IMG/VR virus record: IMGVR_UViG_3300028283_000002 | Span: 6,438-70,437 of that record | Source of the DNA: a virus | DNA: 64,000 nucleotides | Reading direction: 5' to 3' (one strand) | Shown here: positions 1 through 10,438 of the stretch, in pieces | How positions within the stretch are numbered: the stretch's first letter is position 1 | How the letters are laid out: each line of letters begins with the position of its first letter | Program-made: the position numbers and the translations under genes | Notes under the pieces: model-generated | Databases searched by the model: none | What the model saw: the letters and a program-made list of their open reading frames with translations, nothing else | Told to the model about the DNA's origin: nothing

Positions 1-688
1 TAAGTCCTGTAAGAGGATTGTAGAATTCTATTTTATATGGTGTGTCTTTCTTTAATCTTCTAATTCTATCTCCAACGTAATAAACGGTATCACCAGATTT
101 AAATTTCTTAACAAATGAATCGTAATTACTAACAGTTGGTTTATTTGAAGCAGATCTAGACACAGTGCCAGATTTTTTCTTTTCTTTATATTCTTCCTCT
201 GATATAAAATCTCTATTAATCACACTAACTGGTATTTGACCCCATTCATTATTAGCAAAAATATCAAATACGTCTGTGTTTCTATTTGCCCATAACCTGA
301 AAGCGTGGTCGTGATCAAATTGATCGTCGTCACCGTTATAATAAACTACGTCACCATTTCTAAAATCATTCTTCTTTATTGGTGTTGCTATGCCAGATTC
401 TTTCCAAAATTCTTTTCTTTTTCCTTCTTTATATTCAATTTCAGAAATAAAATCATCTACCGAAAAATACGGAGCTCTACCGTCTGGTAATCTAATAGAA
501 AGACCGTAATATGATTCAGATTTTGGGCGACACTCAACAACTTTATAAGGAGTATCGTGTTTTACCGTCGCTACTGGACCTGCTCCTTTTCCACCACCAG
601 TTACACCAGTATAATATATAGTATCACCACGTTTAAATTTTGATTTATAAAGTGGAGTTTTATTAGGTCTATTAGCTACAGTGGTCAT
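1..688 (-). CDS. Partial (runs off window) protein with three tandem SH3/KOW-like repeats
   Basis: Not in the ORF track. Manual translation from ATG 688 (ATGA overlap with the upstream stop) gives MTTVANRPNK..., with FKRGDTIYY, FRNGDVVYY and FKSGDTVYY repeats; frame open to position 1. Confidence 0.75.
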   Translation of the reverse strand, partial: MTTVANRPNKTPLYKSKFKRGDTIYYTGVTGGGKGAGPVATVKHDTPYKVVECRPKSESYYGLSIRLPDGRAPYFSVDDFISEIEYKEGKRKEFWKESGIATPIKKNDFRNGDVVYYNGDDDQFDHDHAFRLWANRNTDVFDIFANNEWGQIPVSVINRDFISEEEYKEKKKSGTVSRSASNKPTVSNYDSFVKKFKSGDTVYYVGDRIRRLKKDTPYKIEFYNPLTGL

Positions 689-1092
689 TTCTTATCTGAT
701 TTTTTTCGTAGATCTGGTAATACTATTTCAAGTAGATTAGATAACTTTAATTGTCCTATCGATATTCTTCTACAAAATATTTCTTTTTTACCGTTTTTAC
801 TCATGTAAATATCCAAAGTGATCACATTTGAAAACATATCCTGAAACTCGTAACCAAACATTTCGTTCTCACCGTATTCATCTTCCATTAGTTGATCAGA
901 TATTTTAAAGATAGTATCTATTTTAGTTTCACCGTAATTTTTAGTTACTTTTGTATATATCATGTCGTCTTCACCGTACCATTCAAGTTTGTTTTTCTTG
1001 GTGTCTTCCATTAAAAGATCAATAATATCACTATCAGATTTTTTAAATCTGATATCTGGACCATTTTTAATTAATTCGGCAATTCTGGGCAT
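685..1092 (-). CDS. Hypothetical protein
   Basis: 135-aa ORF with an AATATATA motif about 24 nt upstream. Confidence 0.7.
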   Translation of the reverse strand: MPRIAELIKNGPDIRFKKSDSDIIDLLMEDTKKNKLEWYGEDDMIYTKVTKNYGETKIDTIFKISDQLMEDEYGENEMFGYEFQDMFSNVITLDIYMSKNGKKEIFCRRISIGQLKLSNLLEIVLPDLRKKSDKK

Positions 1093-1127
1093 GAAATTTC
1101 AATTTAGTTTAAGACTATATATTAAAA

Positions 1128-1922
1128 CTAAATTTCAATAAAATTTATAGGAATCTCCTGATGGCAGGAAATGTTTTCAAATCCTTCAAACGGAGTTAAA
1201 TCTATTTTTTTACCTGATAAAAATTGTTCATTTAAGTACTCAGCAGTTACGTTACCGTGAACGTTCTCGTTCCAATCCTGAACTTTATTCACGGGGTTAT
1301 TTACTATTATAGATTTATCGTAACAAATAAGTTTTGGATGATATAAAGGATTCATAGCCATTTGAGACTCTAAAGAATTTGGACCGTCATATCTTATATT
1401 TAAAAGATAATAATAAATATCTCTACTCCTAAAGAAATGTCCATCTAAAGACATAGGATAACCGTAATCCCCAGTTTGACCTTTCCATAAAAAAACATTA
1501 TTCTCATTAAATTGTGGGGGAATTTGTTTTAAGTTGGCTGCGTAACAATAAGTTAATCTCGGGTGAAGTCTTAAAGATAAAGCTAAGACGTCACCGTGAG
1601 TATCAAAGAATTTAAATTTATCGTCGTTAATGGAGAAAGGTTCTTTGAATACAATATCATCAACAAAAAAAACAGTATATTTTTCTTTCTTATCGAAAAT
1701 ATTTATAAGGCAATTTTGAAATCCTATTTCGTTCTGCCATATAATATTCTTATCTGGATGAATCTCTTTTAGTTTTTCGTAACCTTTTTCGAATTCGAAA
1801 CCAACTCCTTTATATAATATTTTGATTTGGTGTTGTTCGAACTCCTTAAAATACTTTTTCATAGAACGAATAAAGAGTTCTAATTGGCAGGCTCTATTCT
1901 TACTGAAAACTATAATATTCAT
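1128..1922 (-). CDS. GT-A fold glycosyltransferase (GT2-like)
   Basis: N-terminal IIVFSKNRACQL strand-helix, and FFVDDIVF DxD-like motif. Confidence 0.7.
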   Translation of the reverse strand: MNIIVFSKNRACQLELFIRSMKKYFKEFEQHQIKILYKGVGFEFEKGYEKLKEIHPDKNIIWQNEIGFQNCLINIFDKKEKYTVFFVDDIVFKEPFSINDDKFKFFDTHGDVLALSLRLHPRLTYCYAANLKQIPPQFNENNVFLWKGQTGDYGYPMSLDGHFFRSRDIYYYLLNIRYDGPNSLESQMAMNPLYHPKLICYDKSIIVNNPVNKVQDWNENVHGNVTAEYLNEQFLSGKKIDLTPFEGFENISCHQEIPINFIEI

Positions 1923-1973
1923 GTGTATGATTTTTTGAATTATATCACACTAAATTGTATAAGTTTATCGCTA

Positions 1974-2315
1974 TCAAGAAAAAGGTAAAGCTCCACCCAT
2001 AAGATGGTACAATAACCAAGAGCCGTATGTTATAATAGCTAAAGCGTTAATTCCACCCCAGGCCATTGTGCTGAAATCTGGAACGAAATCGTCGTTTCCA
2101 CTCCATAAAGTGTATTGCCAAAATGAAGGACCTTCTTTTATAGTTGGGTAACCGTAATTATATTTCGGTCTTTTAATAAACCATATAATTCCTCTAACAC
2201 TAAATATACCAAAGCATACTAGATTGATTACAATTAACATGGCTAGATAAGCCAATGGATCAGACGGACTCGATCCCGAGTCCACCATAATCGGTAATAA
2301 CATTTGTCCTAACAT
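1974..2315 (-). CDS. Small membrane protein
   Basis: Two hydrophobic segments. Confidence 0.55.
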   Translation of the reverse strand: MLGQMLLPIMVDSGSSPSDPLAYLAMLIVINLVCFGIFSVRGIIWFIKRPKYNYGYPTIKEGPSFWQYTLWSGNDDFVPDFSTMAWGGINALAIITYGSWLLYHLMGGALPFS

Positions 2316-2316
2316 A

Positions 2317-2574
2317 TTAATTTGCGTTTTCTATTATCAATTTACCTGTTTCTCTCTCGGGTACAAACCTCAAATGTTTAACATCAAAATATTTATCAAG
2401 ATAAGTGAGTACAACATTAAGTTCGTTAGTATCAGCAAACATTATCTGTACGTAATCCTGCATCTTAAAATACACAGTTATATAACCACCACCAGCCTTT
2501 TGACTGTAAAAAGTTGGAACGTAACGATGAATATTGTCAGGATCTATCCTATGATTATTAATATTTATCATCAT
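2317..2574 (-). CDS. Hypothetical protein
   Basis: 85-aa ORF in a tight minus-strand operon. Confidence 0.6.
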   Translation of the reverse strand: MMININNHRIDPDNIHRYVPTFYSQKAGGGYITVYFKMQDYVQIMFADTNELNVVLTYLDKYFDVKHLRFVPERETGKLIIENAN

Positions 2575-2580
2575 ATTTAA

Positions 2581-2874
2581 TTATTTAAGATTTTGTAACA
2601 TTCCCATCATATCTGATTGATTAAAACCAAGATATTCATTTGTTTTCTTCATGTCTTCCTCGAGATCACGACCAAACCTGTCTTTATAATCTGTTTTCAA
2701 GTTATTGCTGAATTCCTTGGCTATCTTCAACATTTTTAACATGTTGGCAGTTGCTAGTTTTTCCTGTAGTTCCTGTAACTTAGGTGCCATAAATTCATTA
2801 AGTTCGTCAATGATTTTCTTTACCTCTGGATCTTCGATGTTTTCGAATTTTGCTTTAATTTCTTCTGGTGTCAT
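2581..2874 (-). CDS. Hypothetical helical protein
   Basis: 97-aa ORF in operon. Confidence 0.65.
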   Translation of the reverse strand: MTPEEIKAKFENIEDPEVKKIIDELNEFMAPKLQELQEKLATANMLKMLKIAKEFSNNLKTDYKDRFGRDLEEDMKKTNEYLGFNQSDMMGMLQNLK

Positions 2875-2914
2875 TTTATTTGTTTTTTTTTAATTGTTTA
2901 TAATTTTTTTATTG

Positions 2915-3773
2915 TTAACGTATAACTGGATTATATATCCCTTCATTATTCTTAACCGTATCATCGTCCCATCTCTCTTCACCGTAAGGATCTAAAGCTG
3001 TTATTTTTCTGTTTCTTTTAATAGCCACACAGAACAAATGATTTTCTTGTTGAACTTTAAAAGTTTCTATTTCAAATCCTATTTTCTCTAATTCTTCTTT
3101 TAATTCTGTATCGTAATCCACTTCTGTTGGCTGATTAAAGAAATGGCAATATCCTCTACCTTTATCGTCTTTCAATCCCCACACCCAACTGTCTTTATTT
3201 TCTTCCGTCATAATAAAAGACGAGAACACCATTATACCATCGTCATTCAATCTCTTAAAAGATTTCTTCAAATAGTTAAATCTTTGCTTTTGTGAAAGAT
3301 GTTGAAACACATTCATAGAATAAACTATATCTAAATCTCTAGGTATATCCTTCGGAATTTTCCAACCATCGTTCTCGTATAAATTAGAAAATCTATCTAT
3401 TCTTTTATCAATATCTATGCCAAAATATTCAATTCTTGGCATTACCTTAGCACAAGTACTATGTAACCACTCAGCAAAAGCACCAAACCCGTAACCTATT
3501 TCTAATATCTTTACATTTTTACCACTATTTAAAGTGTTCTGAATTTTTGTAGCCACAGCACTTAAAGCTCCTTGTGTATAAGCGAAACTGTTATTTGCGA
3601 TGTTAGCTGTGTGCTCATCTTTAACTTTTGCACCTGTTACAGCAAGAAGTTTATAACCGTCATCTAATGTTTTCCAAAACGCCTGATTATTTTATCATCA
3701 ATATTCAATGTGTAACCATCATTATAATATTTATAATAAGGGGTTAAAAAGTTCTTTCTGTTACATTTCTTCA
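2915..3773 (-). CDS. Class I SAM-dependent methyltransferase with DPYGEERWDD motif; frameshifted near 3690
   Basis: ILEIGYGFG motif I, GIDID, VYSMNVFQHL. The frame stays open upstream of the track start (3556) to about 3690 and joins an ATG at 3773 (MKKCNRK...) if one A is added to an A4 run. Confidence 0.75.
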
Positions 3774-3784
3774 TTTTATTTGTT

Positions 3785-4168
3785 TTAAGTAATTAATTCT
3801 ATCTTGTATATCATCAAGGCATCGCGATTAGCAGTGAAAGTTATTTTATTCATACAATCCCACCATTTCTTGTATTCTTTATCAATTATATCTTTAGGAG
3901 CTTTTTTTATGAAACTTTCGTTATCTAATCTTTCCTCTGTTTTTTTCAAAAAATCTTTAAGACTTTCTAACTCTTTTTTCTTTTCGTTATATTTTTCCCA
4001 GAAATTTTCTTCTATATCTTCTCTCTTATCATAATTTACGGCCATAGATCTACCACCACTCTGAAACTTTATAGTATTAGCAGTTGGAAGAGCATCGTAC
4101 TCTTCTTCTGTAATATAAGTGATCTTACAGTTACAGAATTTTTCTATCATAAAATCAAATCTATTCAC
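3785..4168 (-). CDS. Small protein containing a valyl-tRNA synthetase C-terminal coiled-coil arm-like segment
   Basis: KKTEERLDNESFIKKAPKDIIDKEYKK matches the ValRS arm consensus KLxNxxFxxKAPxxVVxxE. Confidence 0.6.
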   Translation of the reverse strand: MNRFDFMIEKFCNCKITYITEEEYDALPTANTIKFQSGGRSMAVNYDKREDIEENFWEKYNEKKKELESLKDFLKKTEERLDNESFIKKAPKDIIDKEYKKWWDCMNKITFTANRDALMIYKIELIT

Positions 4169-5189
4169 CGTACTTTTTCTTAAAAGTATTGAAAAAACTA
4201 AGTATATCTTTATTAATAGTATCTTGTGACGAATTTATAATATATTCATTAAAAGGTTGCCTAGCAGTTCTAAAAGAGTCAATAAAAAATTGAAAATCCT
4301 CTTTCTTTAATTCTGGACAAAGTTTCTTAATAACGTTACCGTTAAACTTATCCTTAATACTTACCCTATCGTTCTCCTCTTTCTGGATGGCTTCAAGTTT
4401 TTCTTTAAAATGTGATTCTGGAAAGAACTTATCTACTCTATCATATATTTCTTGCAGATTTCCGTCTTCCCTGAATTTATAATTATCTTCACCAGTCTTC
4501 AATGGCTTTACATATTCTAACCATTCTTGATAAGTCTTTCTCTTTGTGTTTCTCTCCCTATTCATTTTATTGATACGATAAAGAGCAACACCAGCGTCAC
4601 TATACCCATAAGGTTCTAGATCAGAAACATATGGATTAAAATATTTCGATTTAACTATATAATCAAAAACTTCTTTAAGTGTATCAAATCCCTGGTGGAA
4701 TTTAGCTGGGCTTAAATCTAAGAATGATAAGATTTTATCTATATTTTTCGATATGGATATATTACCGAGTTTCTGTCCTTTTATATAGTGGTTATATGAT
4801 AGTCCGTCAAATCCAAATTTAAGATGGTTATATTTAGCCAGTTGACCAATAAGATTACCAAGATCGTTATAACTATAATAGTGAAAAGCGATATTAAAAT
4901 CTTCTGGTTTTATTTTTATAAAGTCTATTTGAAAATCCTTGTAGTTAAATGATATAACAGACTCACCGTTATTATTACATTCACATCTAGCAAAAATTCT
5001 CATTAGTATATCAGTTGGCACGGTGTCTTTGATAAGGACGTCCAAATCTCCAAAGTCCTTTTTATCTTTATAATAAAGAGGAATTTTATATTCTATCTCG
5101 TAGAATTTCATTATAGATTCGATGTTCGCTCTATATTTGTTGAATTCTATCAAAGGTAATCTTGATGTGCCAAAAAGTAATCCACCCAT
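4161..5189 (-). CDS. Pol-beta superfamily nucleotidyltransferase
   Basis: KKDFGDLDVLI (GDxD) and downstream QIDFI third acidic residue. Confidence 0.7.
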   Translation of the reverse strand: MGGLLFGTSRLPLIEFNKYRANIESIMKFYEIEYKIPLYYKDKKDFGDLDVLIKDTVPTDILMRIFARCECNNNGESVISFNYKDFQIDFIKIKPEDFNIAFHYYSYNDLGNLIGQLAKYNHLKFGFDGLSYNHYIKGQKLGNISISKNIDKILSFLDLSPAKFHQGFDTLKEVFDYIVKSKYFNPYVSDLEPYGYSDAGVALYRINKMNRERNTKRKTYQEWLEYVKPLKTGEDNYKFREDGNLQEIYDRVDKFFPESHFKEKLEAIQKEENDRVSIKDKFNGNVIKKLCPELKKEDFQFFIDSFRTARQPFNEYIINSSQDTINKDILSFFNTFKKKYGE

Positions 5190-5205
5190 TTTATTTATTT
5201 ATTTT

Positions 5206-5595
5206 TTAAGGGTTATCTGTAAAACAAATTCTTCCGTCTTCTGTTAAGAAAACCCACGCTTCAAATCTATATTTATCCGAATCAAAATAGAATTCATAAC
5301 ATTCTTCACCACCCAATTCTTTAATACTTACGCCACCACCATCGTGCTTCAATTTTTCTGCATTGATAGTAGCTGTAAAAGGATCATCTGGATTATTTTT
5401 CTTACTATATACAATTGGAAGTTTCCAATTTAAATATTTCACAACAATATCAAATAAATCCATTCTTGGAAAAGTGTCCCAGTACCAGTCTTTACGTGGT
5501 ACGTGTCTAGCGTGATAAAATTTCATCAAACTATTATCTTCCTTGAATTCAGTTGTTCCGATGAATTCTTTAAATTCTCTTATCAAATTATCCAT
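5206..5595 (-). CDS. Hypothetical protein
   Basis: 129-aa ORF with AATATATA motif upstream (5612-5619). Confidence 0.65.
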   Translation of the reverse strand: MDNLIREFKEFIGTTEFKEDNSLMKFYHARHVPRKDWYWDTFPRMDLFDIVVKYLNWKLPIVYSKKNNPDDPFTATINAEKLKHDGGGVSIKELGGEECYEFYFDSDKYRFEAWVFLTEDGRICFTDNP

Positions 5596-5699
5596 ATCGT
5601 TTTTTTTATTCTATATATTAATCTATCCACCAGTGATCTGATCCATAATCATAATGTTCATGGTGTTCCTGTCTACTTAATTCTTGCCTACTTAATTCA

Positions 5700-7034
5700 T
5701 CAGCCTTGTTCTAGTTCAGCTAGGATTTCTGGTCTCATTCTAACTGGATAATCTTCTGGTACTCCAGATTCAGTAGATAATTCTACTGTCTCAACAACAT
5801 CTGGTATCCCAGCTGTTCCAACAACTCCAGTGTATGGATTATAACCCCAATCATAACCATTCCCAGAACTTGATCTTAGACCAGATTTTAGCTCTTCGCC
5901 TTTCTTTCTCTTCTCGGCGTATTCTTTTTTTTTAGCTTCTATAATAGTGTGATCATTATACTGATCATACTTTTCGTTAAATATATAATCTCTTATTTCG
6001 TCACAAAGAACAGCGTGATCTTTCCAAATCCATCTATCTAATGTATAAGACCTCATAGCGTTACCACTATATACATTCATATTCATATAATCTATATAGA
6101 CTATTTCACTAGACATATGAACGTCGTGTTCCATATCACAGAAAACAAAGTAATTATACATAAGATGACCGCCCCTGTGATCACTAACGCAAATCACGTT
6201 AGTATTATCCTTTGGTGTATAATTACTTATTTTCCTTGTTTCTAAATCTAACCACTTAAAAGTATCAAGATAAGGATATAACTCAAAATGAGACTTATCT
6301 AAAATAATATCAAATTCTTTTATAACTTCTTCGTCATTGAAAATCAAATGTTTAGGAGTAGACCAGTTATTAAATTTCTTGTAATAACATTTATTTTCTT
6401 TAGCCCAATTGTAGAAATAGTTAATGTATAAATCATTACATACGTAAATTCTATCCATTAATCTGAAATCTGCTCCGTTCCAAAGAACTGCTCTACCCAT
6501 TACTTTATCATGTTGGTCTAACATTACTAACATGTTAATCTGCTCGGGGTTTTCAACATAGATTTGAAAGAAATTACTGGGTACACAAGCCATACAGGAA
6601 CCACCGAGTGATCCTCTTCTTTCAAAATAATTAACTTGAGCGTAATATTTAGCGACATCTTCACCTTTAACGACTTCCATACGGAAGACAGGTGGATCGA
6701 CGATAGATAAGAATTGAGTAGTAAAATTTTCTAGTTCCCAATCGTGTATTTTAAAAAGTTTTTTAATAACACTACCAGGTCTAGCGTGGTAGCGTTTTTT
6801 AGGTTCCCAAAAATTTTTATCTTCTAATTCAATTTTATCAATTCTATCTTTGGTAAGATAGCTTAGGTGTCCTTTACTTGTATGGGAAAGATCGAAGTAA
6901 TTAAAATTCTTTTCGGGGTGAGATAGTGTATTATCGTCTATATCTTCTTGTAAGAGAAGTCTTGCGATATCACTATTAATCTTTACTAATACGTTTTTTA
7001 ACTCTGGTGTAATTATTAATTTTCTACTTGCCAT
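5700..7034 (-). CDS. SCM/RALLW/YMDR family paralog 1 (uncharacterised)
   Basis: GSLGGSCM, NPEQINML, GRAVLW, LMDRIY, YPYLDTF motifs shared with four other ORFs in the window. Confidence 0.8.
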   Translation of the reverse strand: MASRKLIITPELKNVLVKINSDIARLLLQEDIDDNTLSHPEKNFNYFDLSHTSKGHLSYLTKDRIDKIELEDKNFWEPKKRYHARPGSVIKKLFKIHDWELENFTTQFLSIVDPPVFRMEVVKGEDVAKYYAQVNYFERRGSLGGSCMACVPSNFFQIYVENPEQINMLVMLDQHDKVMGRAVLWNGADFRLMDRIYVCNDLYINYFYNWAKENKCYYKKFNNWSTPKHLIFNDEEVIKEFDIILDKSHFELYPYLDTFKWLDLETRKISNYTPKDNTNVICVSDHRGGHLMYNYFVFCDMEHDVHMSSEIVYIDYMNMNVYSGNAMRSYTLDRWIWKDHAVLCDEIRDYIFNEKYDQYNDHTIIEAKKKEYAEKRKKGEELKSGLRSSSGNGYDWGYNPYTGVVGTAGIPDVVETVELSTESGVPEDYPVRMRPEILAELEQG

Positions 7035-7037
7035 ATT

Positions 7038-7337
7038 TTAATTTATTGAAAATGCGAATGTGACTTTTATTTTAAAATGTATTCTTATACCATATGTTCT
7101 AGGCTCAATAACAGCAGTATATGGGTAATTATCGTAAAAGAATTTTTTAATTTCTACAAATTTTGATTTTGGATAAGTTCCGTATAAATCTACTTTATTT
7201 TCGTTATATGAATATGTTTGTATTTCACAACCGAAATCTCTTAACTTCTCAAACAAAAAACCACCTGATAACTCCATACAATTATCCCACAAGGAATAAA
7301 CTCTTTTACCGTCGTTGTAGTTACAAGTGTAATTCAT
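7038..7337 (-). CDS. Hypothetical protein
   Basis: 99-aa ORF in operon. Confidence 0.6.
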   Translation of the reverse strand: MNYTCNYNDGKRVYSLWDNCMELSGGFLFEKLRDFGCEIQTYSYNENKVDLYGTYPKSKFVEIKKFFYDNYPYTAVIEPRTYGIRIHFKIKVTFAFSIN

Positions 7338-7385
7338 TAAATTGGTATTTTAACAAAATTAACGATAATATCTCGAAAATACAAA

Positions 7386-8039
7386 TTATTTTTCATTTTT
7401 CTTAAATCCTCCTAATTGCCATATAAACATAGCGTTAAGGAGTGTTATCACCAGAGCAATCACTAACCATAAGTACATCCAAAATCCCACTGCTCCACCC
7501 ATTGACTGAGTAAATTGTTGCAAATCACTTTGAGGATGAACGTTGAAATTTAATAGTGCATCTATAAGAGTCATTGCACCAAGGGATATTAAAACGTAAT
7601 TACTGATTATAGCTAACTTCCAACTTACAATTAAAAAGAAAGCCGCAAAAATCAATAAGATTATTGAAGAACCAACAGAATTAAATAACATAATGGCGAA
7701 AAAAGCAAAGAATAAGAATAATAAAAAAGATATTATTCTTGATACTTTATAATTAGTGAACCCAAAAAATATAAATATGTTGGCAAATATAATACTACCA
7801 AGATAACCAGCCATCGTAACAATACCCATATTTCCACCACCTGTTTGAGTAAATCCACCGCCATCAGGCGATATTTCTATAAGAGATACATGTCCACCTG
7901 TTAACCAAGCACCTACAGCGTGTCCGCCTTCGTGTATAATAGTAACAAGATATTCAACTGGGACCATAATAATTCCCATTCCAATAGTGTTCATAAACAG
8001 GAACAATACCGCTGATAATAATAAAACTATAAATTTCAT
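7386..8039 (-). CDS. M50B-like membrane metallopeptidase
   Basis: IIHEGGHA (HExxH), GGG-T, MAGYLG motif and multiple TM helices. Confidence 0.85.
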   Translation of the reverse strand: MKFIVLLLSAVLFLFMNTIGMGIIMVPVEYLVTIIHEGGHAVGAWLTGGHVSLIEISPDGGGFTQTGGGNMGIVTMAGYLGSIIFANIFIFFGFTNYKVSRIISFLLFLFFAFFAIMLFNSVGSSIILLIFAAFFLIVSWKLAIISNYVLISLGAMTLIDALLNFNVHPQSDLQQFTQSMGGAVGFWMYLWLVIALVITLLNAMFIWQLGGFKKNEK

Positions 8040-8042
8040 ATT

Positions 8043-8318
8043 TTAATTGTTAGGGCGTAAATAAAATCTTTTCATATCACACAATACTTGTACAAATGAA
8101 CTAATATCACCAATGCACATTTTCTCATTAATCTTAACCATTGGTTGTTCACTTATACTTTGAATGAAGTCATACATTTCTCCGGGTGTATGTTCCTTTT
8201 CTTTGAATCTAATACAATTATCTTTGACGTGTTTCTCCACTTGTGAATCAGGAGCTTTACACAATACCTTGATGATTTCTTCCATCAACCCAACAGACGC
8301 TTCTCGTTTCTCTTTCAT
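8043..8318 (-). CDS. Hypothetical protein
   Basis: 91-aa ORF in operon. Confidence 0.6.
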   Translation of the reverse strand: MKEKREASVGLMEEIIKVLCKAPDSQVEKHVKDNCIRFKEKEHTPGEMYDFIQSISEQPMVKINEKMCIGDISSFVQVLCDMKRFYLRPNN

Positions 8319-8320
8319 AA

Positions 8321-9205
8321 TTAATAAATTATATTAGTACTACTAAATCCGTTAGTTAAATTCTCGCCATCAAAATTCAAATTGATATTTATACACTCTG
8401 GCTTATAAGTGTTCTTGTAATAAACTTTTATTATTCTCTCGTAATTCTTTGGAATATAAACATAATTGTTACACTTACAAATATCTTCGTACTTCCACTC
8501 TGTCGTCATTCTGAAATTTTCATCTAATAAATCTAACCCATTAAAATCAATAAAATTGTCTTTACAGAAATCATTAATCGGCATAAGAGATACAAAACCT
8601 ACACTCTTAATTTTCATATAGTTAGCGTACTCTAAGAACTTAAATATTTCTTCTTTACTATCAATATAACCTTTAACCAGGTTACAAGATAAATGGAATA
8701 TACTTTTCTTTCTGATATTCTTTCTAAGTTTTCTTAGGTCTTCGCTTGATATTGTTTTATTTCCAAAGATTTCGTTATTTTTATCGTCGTCGTAATGATG
8801 TCGACTAATTGAAAAGTTATCTATAATTCCTATTAAACTTTTATCTTTAAAAACTTTTTTAAGATTAACACCGTTTGTATTAACTACTATGTAAGATCCA
8901 GGTAGGATTGTTCTAGTTTTCTTTATGATTCTACTTAATTTATCTAAATGGAGTGTTGGTTCACCACCACTAAACGCAACCTTTTTAACTCTGACTTTAT
9001 CTTCGAGTTCTTCTAGAATTTGGTAAAATTTATCTTCGTTGAATGTTTGAGCGTCGTCTTGGTATTCACAGAATAGACATTTAGCGTTGCAACCTTTTTG
9101 TCTAACATATAGTAAAGCGTAAGGTTCTTCTACTTCTTGGGCGTCGTTTTCGAAATATTTACAGTAATGGGTACGGAGATTGATTTCTTTTCCGAATAGT
9201 TCCAT
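8321..9205 (-). CDS. Radical SAM protein
   Basis: CNAKCLFC (CxxxCxxC), FSGGEPTL, NTNG. Confidence 0.92.
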   Translation of the reverse strand: MELFGKEINLRTHYCKYFENDAQEVEEPYALLYVRQKGCNAKCLFCEYQDDAQTFNEDKFYQILEELEDKVRVKKVAFSGGEPTLHLDKLSRIIKKTRTILPGSYIVVNTNGVNLKKVFKDKSLIGIIDNFSISRHHYDDDKNNEIFGNKTISSEDLRKLRKNIRKKSIFHLSCNLVKGYIDSKEEIFKFLEYANYMKIKSVGFVSLMPINDFCKDNFIDFNGLDLLDENFRMTTEWKYEDICKCNNYVYIPKNYERIIKVYYKNTYKPECININLNFDGENLTNGFSSTNIIY

Positions 9206-9468
9206 TAGTTCCTCCAGAATTTCTTTATTATATAACTAGCGATAAAAACGCCTAATATCGTAAAAGTCATCCATCCAATGATGGCTAAATCACGATAATA
9301 GGGATTATTTAATAAAAATACGGGTATGATTCCTATGCCAGATAAACATGAAGATAATATAAACATTTTCTTATTCCATCTATCTTCTTGTTTACTATGA
9401 GTAGCGTTAAATGGTTTTCTTAAATAGTGCCCAAAGGCGTTATAATCGTTATTGTTTAATTTTTCCAT
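9205..9468 (-). CDS. Small two-TM membrane protein
   Basis: Two hydrophobic segments. Confidence 0.55.
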   Translation of the reverse strand: MEKLNNNDYNAFGHYLRKPFNATHSKQEDRWNKKMFILSSCLSGIGIIPVFLLNNPYYRDLAIIGWMTFTILGVFIASYIIKKFWRN

Positions 9469-9803
9469 TATTCAAATAATTTAAATTCTATACCGTCTGT
9501 ATCTGCTGTATCTTTAATAGATAGAATAAGATTGTCTCCAAAATCATTAGAAGTACCGAAAAATTTACTGATGGAACAATACTCTTCGGGTGATATTTCT
9601 TGGAAAGATATTTCGTCTAACAACTCCTTTCCGTTATCGTATTCAACGTAATCACCGAAACCAAGACTAACTGATATAGGTGTCTTATATTTTCTTAAAA
9701 AAGTAGAAAGATAAGTCATTTCCTTTTTGTTCATTATAACAAAACCATCAACGTCAATCTCTTCGTTCCAATTGCCTGAGTAAACCATCATAAAATTCTT
9801 CAT
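9468..9803 (-). CDS. Hypothetical acidic protein (start probably ATG 9803)
   Basis: ORF track gives 9468..9836 from TTG; ATGA overlap at 9800-9803 with AAGGAGG upstream. Confidence 0.6.
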   Translation of the reverse strand: MKNFMMVYSGNWNEEIDVDGFVIMNKKEMTYLSTFLRKYKTPISVSLGFGDYVEYDNGKELLDEISFQEISPEEYCSISKFFGTSNDFGDNLILSIKDTADTDGIEFKLFE

Positions 9804-10072
9804 ACCATTACTTCCTCCTTTTTTATATATTTCCAAAACATGGACCTCTTTACCAATTCTTTGATTATAATATCATCTTTTACCGTTTTCCCTTTATTTG
9901 TGAGACTTTCCTTTGTTTTTTCAAGGAATTTTTTACATTTTAAAAAAGAGTCTATAATAAAATCATTTCTATCTTCTGACGTGTAAGTGTTACCAGTCAA
10001 TTTTATTTTTACTTGTAACATTAACTGATCAATATACAAAATACATTTATTAAAAATTTCCTTATCAGTCAT
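9800..10072 (-). CDS. Hypothetical protein
   Basis: Track ORF 9800..10087; ATG 10072 overlaps the upstream stop as ATGA. Confidence 0.55.
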   Translation of the reverse strand: MTDKEIFNKCILYIDQLMLQVKIKLTGNTYTSEDRNDFIIDSFLKCKKFLEKTKESLTNKGKTVKDDIIIKELVKRSMFWKYIKKEEVMV

Positions 10073-10438
10073 ACCTGTTCTATCCATTTATCACCAATTA
10101 GTTTGTACATCACAAAATATTTCTTATAGTAAGGAAACGTTGATCCCCACCTTCTTTCCTCATTGAAATAAATATCTCCTTCTACTGGTTCTTTATCTAC
10201 CCATTCTATATGGGCAATATTATCACCGTTAGTATCTTTATGATAAAACCATTTATCCTGTATTGAAATCTGCTATTATTTCTTTTTTTGTTTTTATCTT
10301 AACATATTCTTGCCAAGACATTCCAATATATTCAATGTAGTCCAAGAACATACTTCTTAGTATATCGTAATTCAAAGCGAAATTATCAATCTCTTGAATT
10401 ATATCACCAAACTCCTCTACTTGTTTGTTCTTTTCCAT
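10069..10438 (-). CDS. Hypothetical protein split by a frameshift near 10255
   Basis: 61-aa track ORF ends FNTG*; a start-less open frame continues DKWFYHKDTNG...EQV* and ends in an ATGA overlap with the next gene. Confidence 0.55.
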
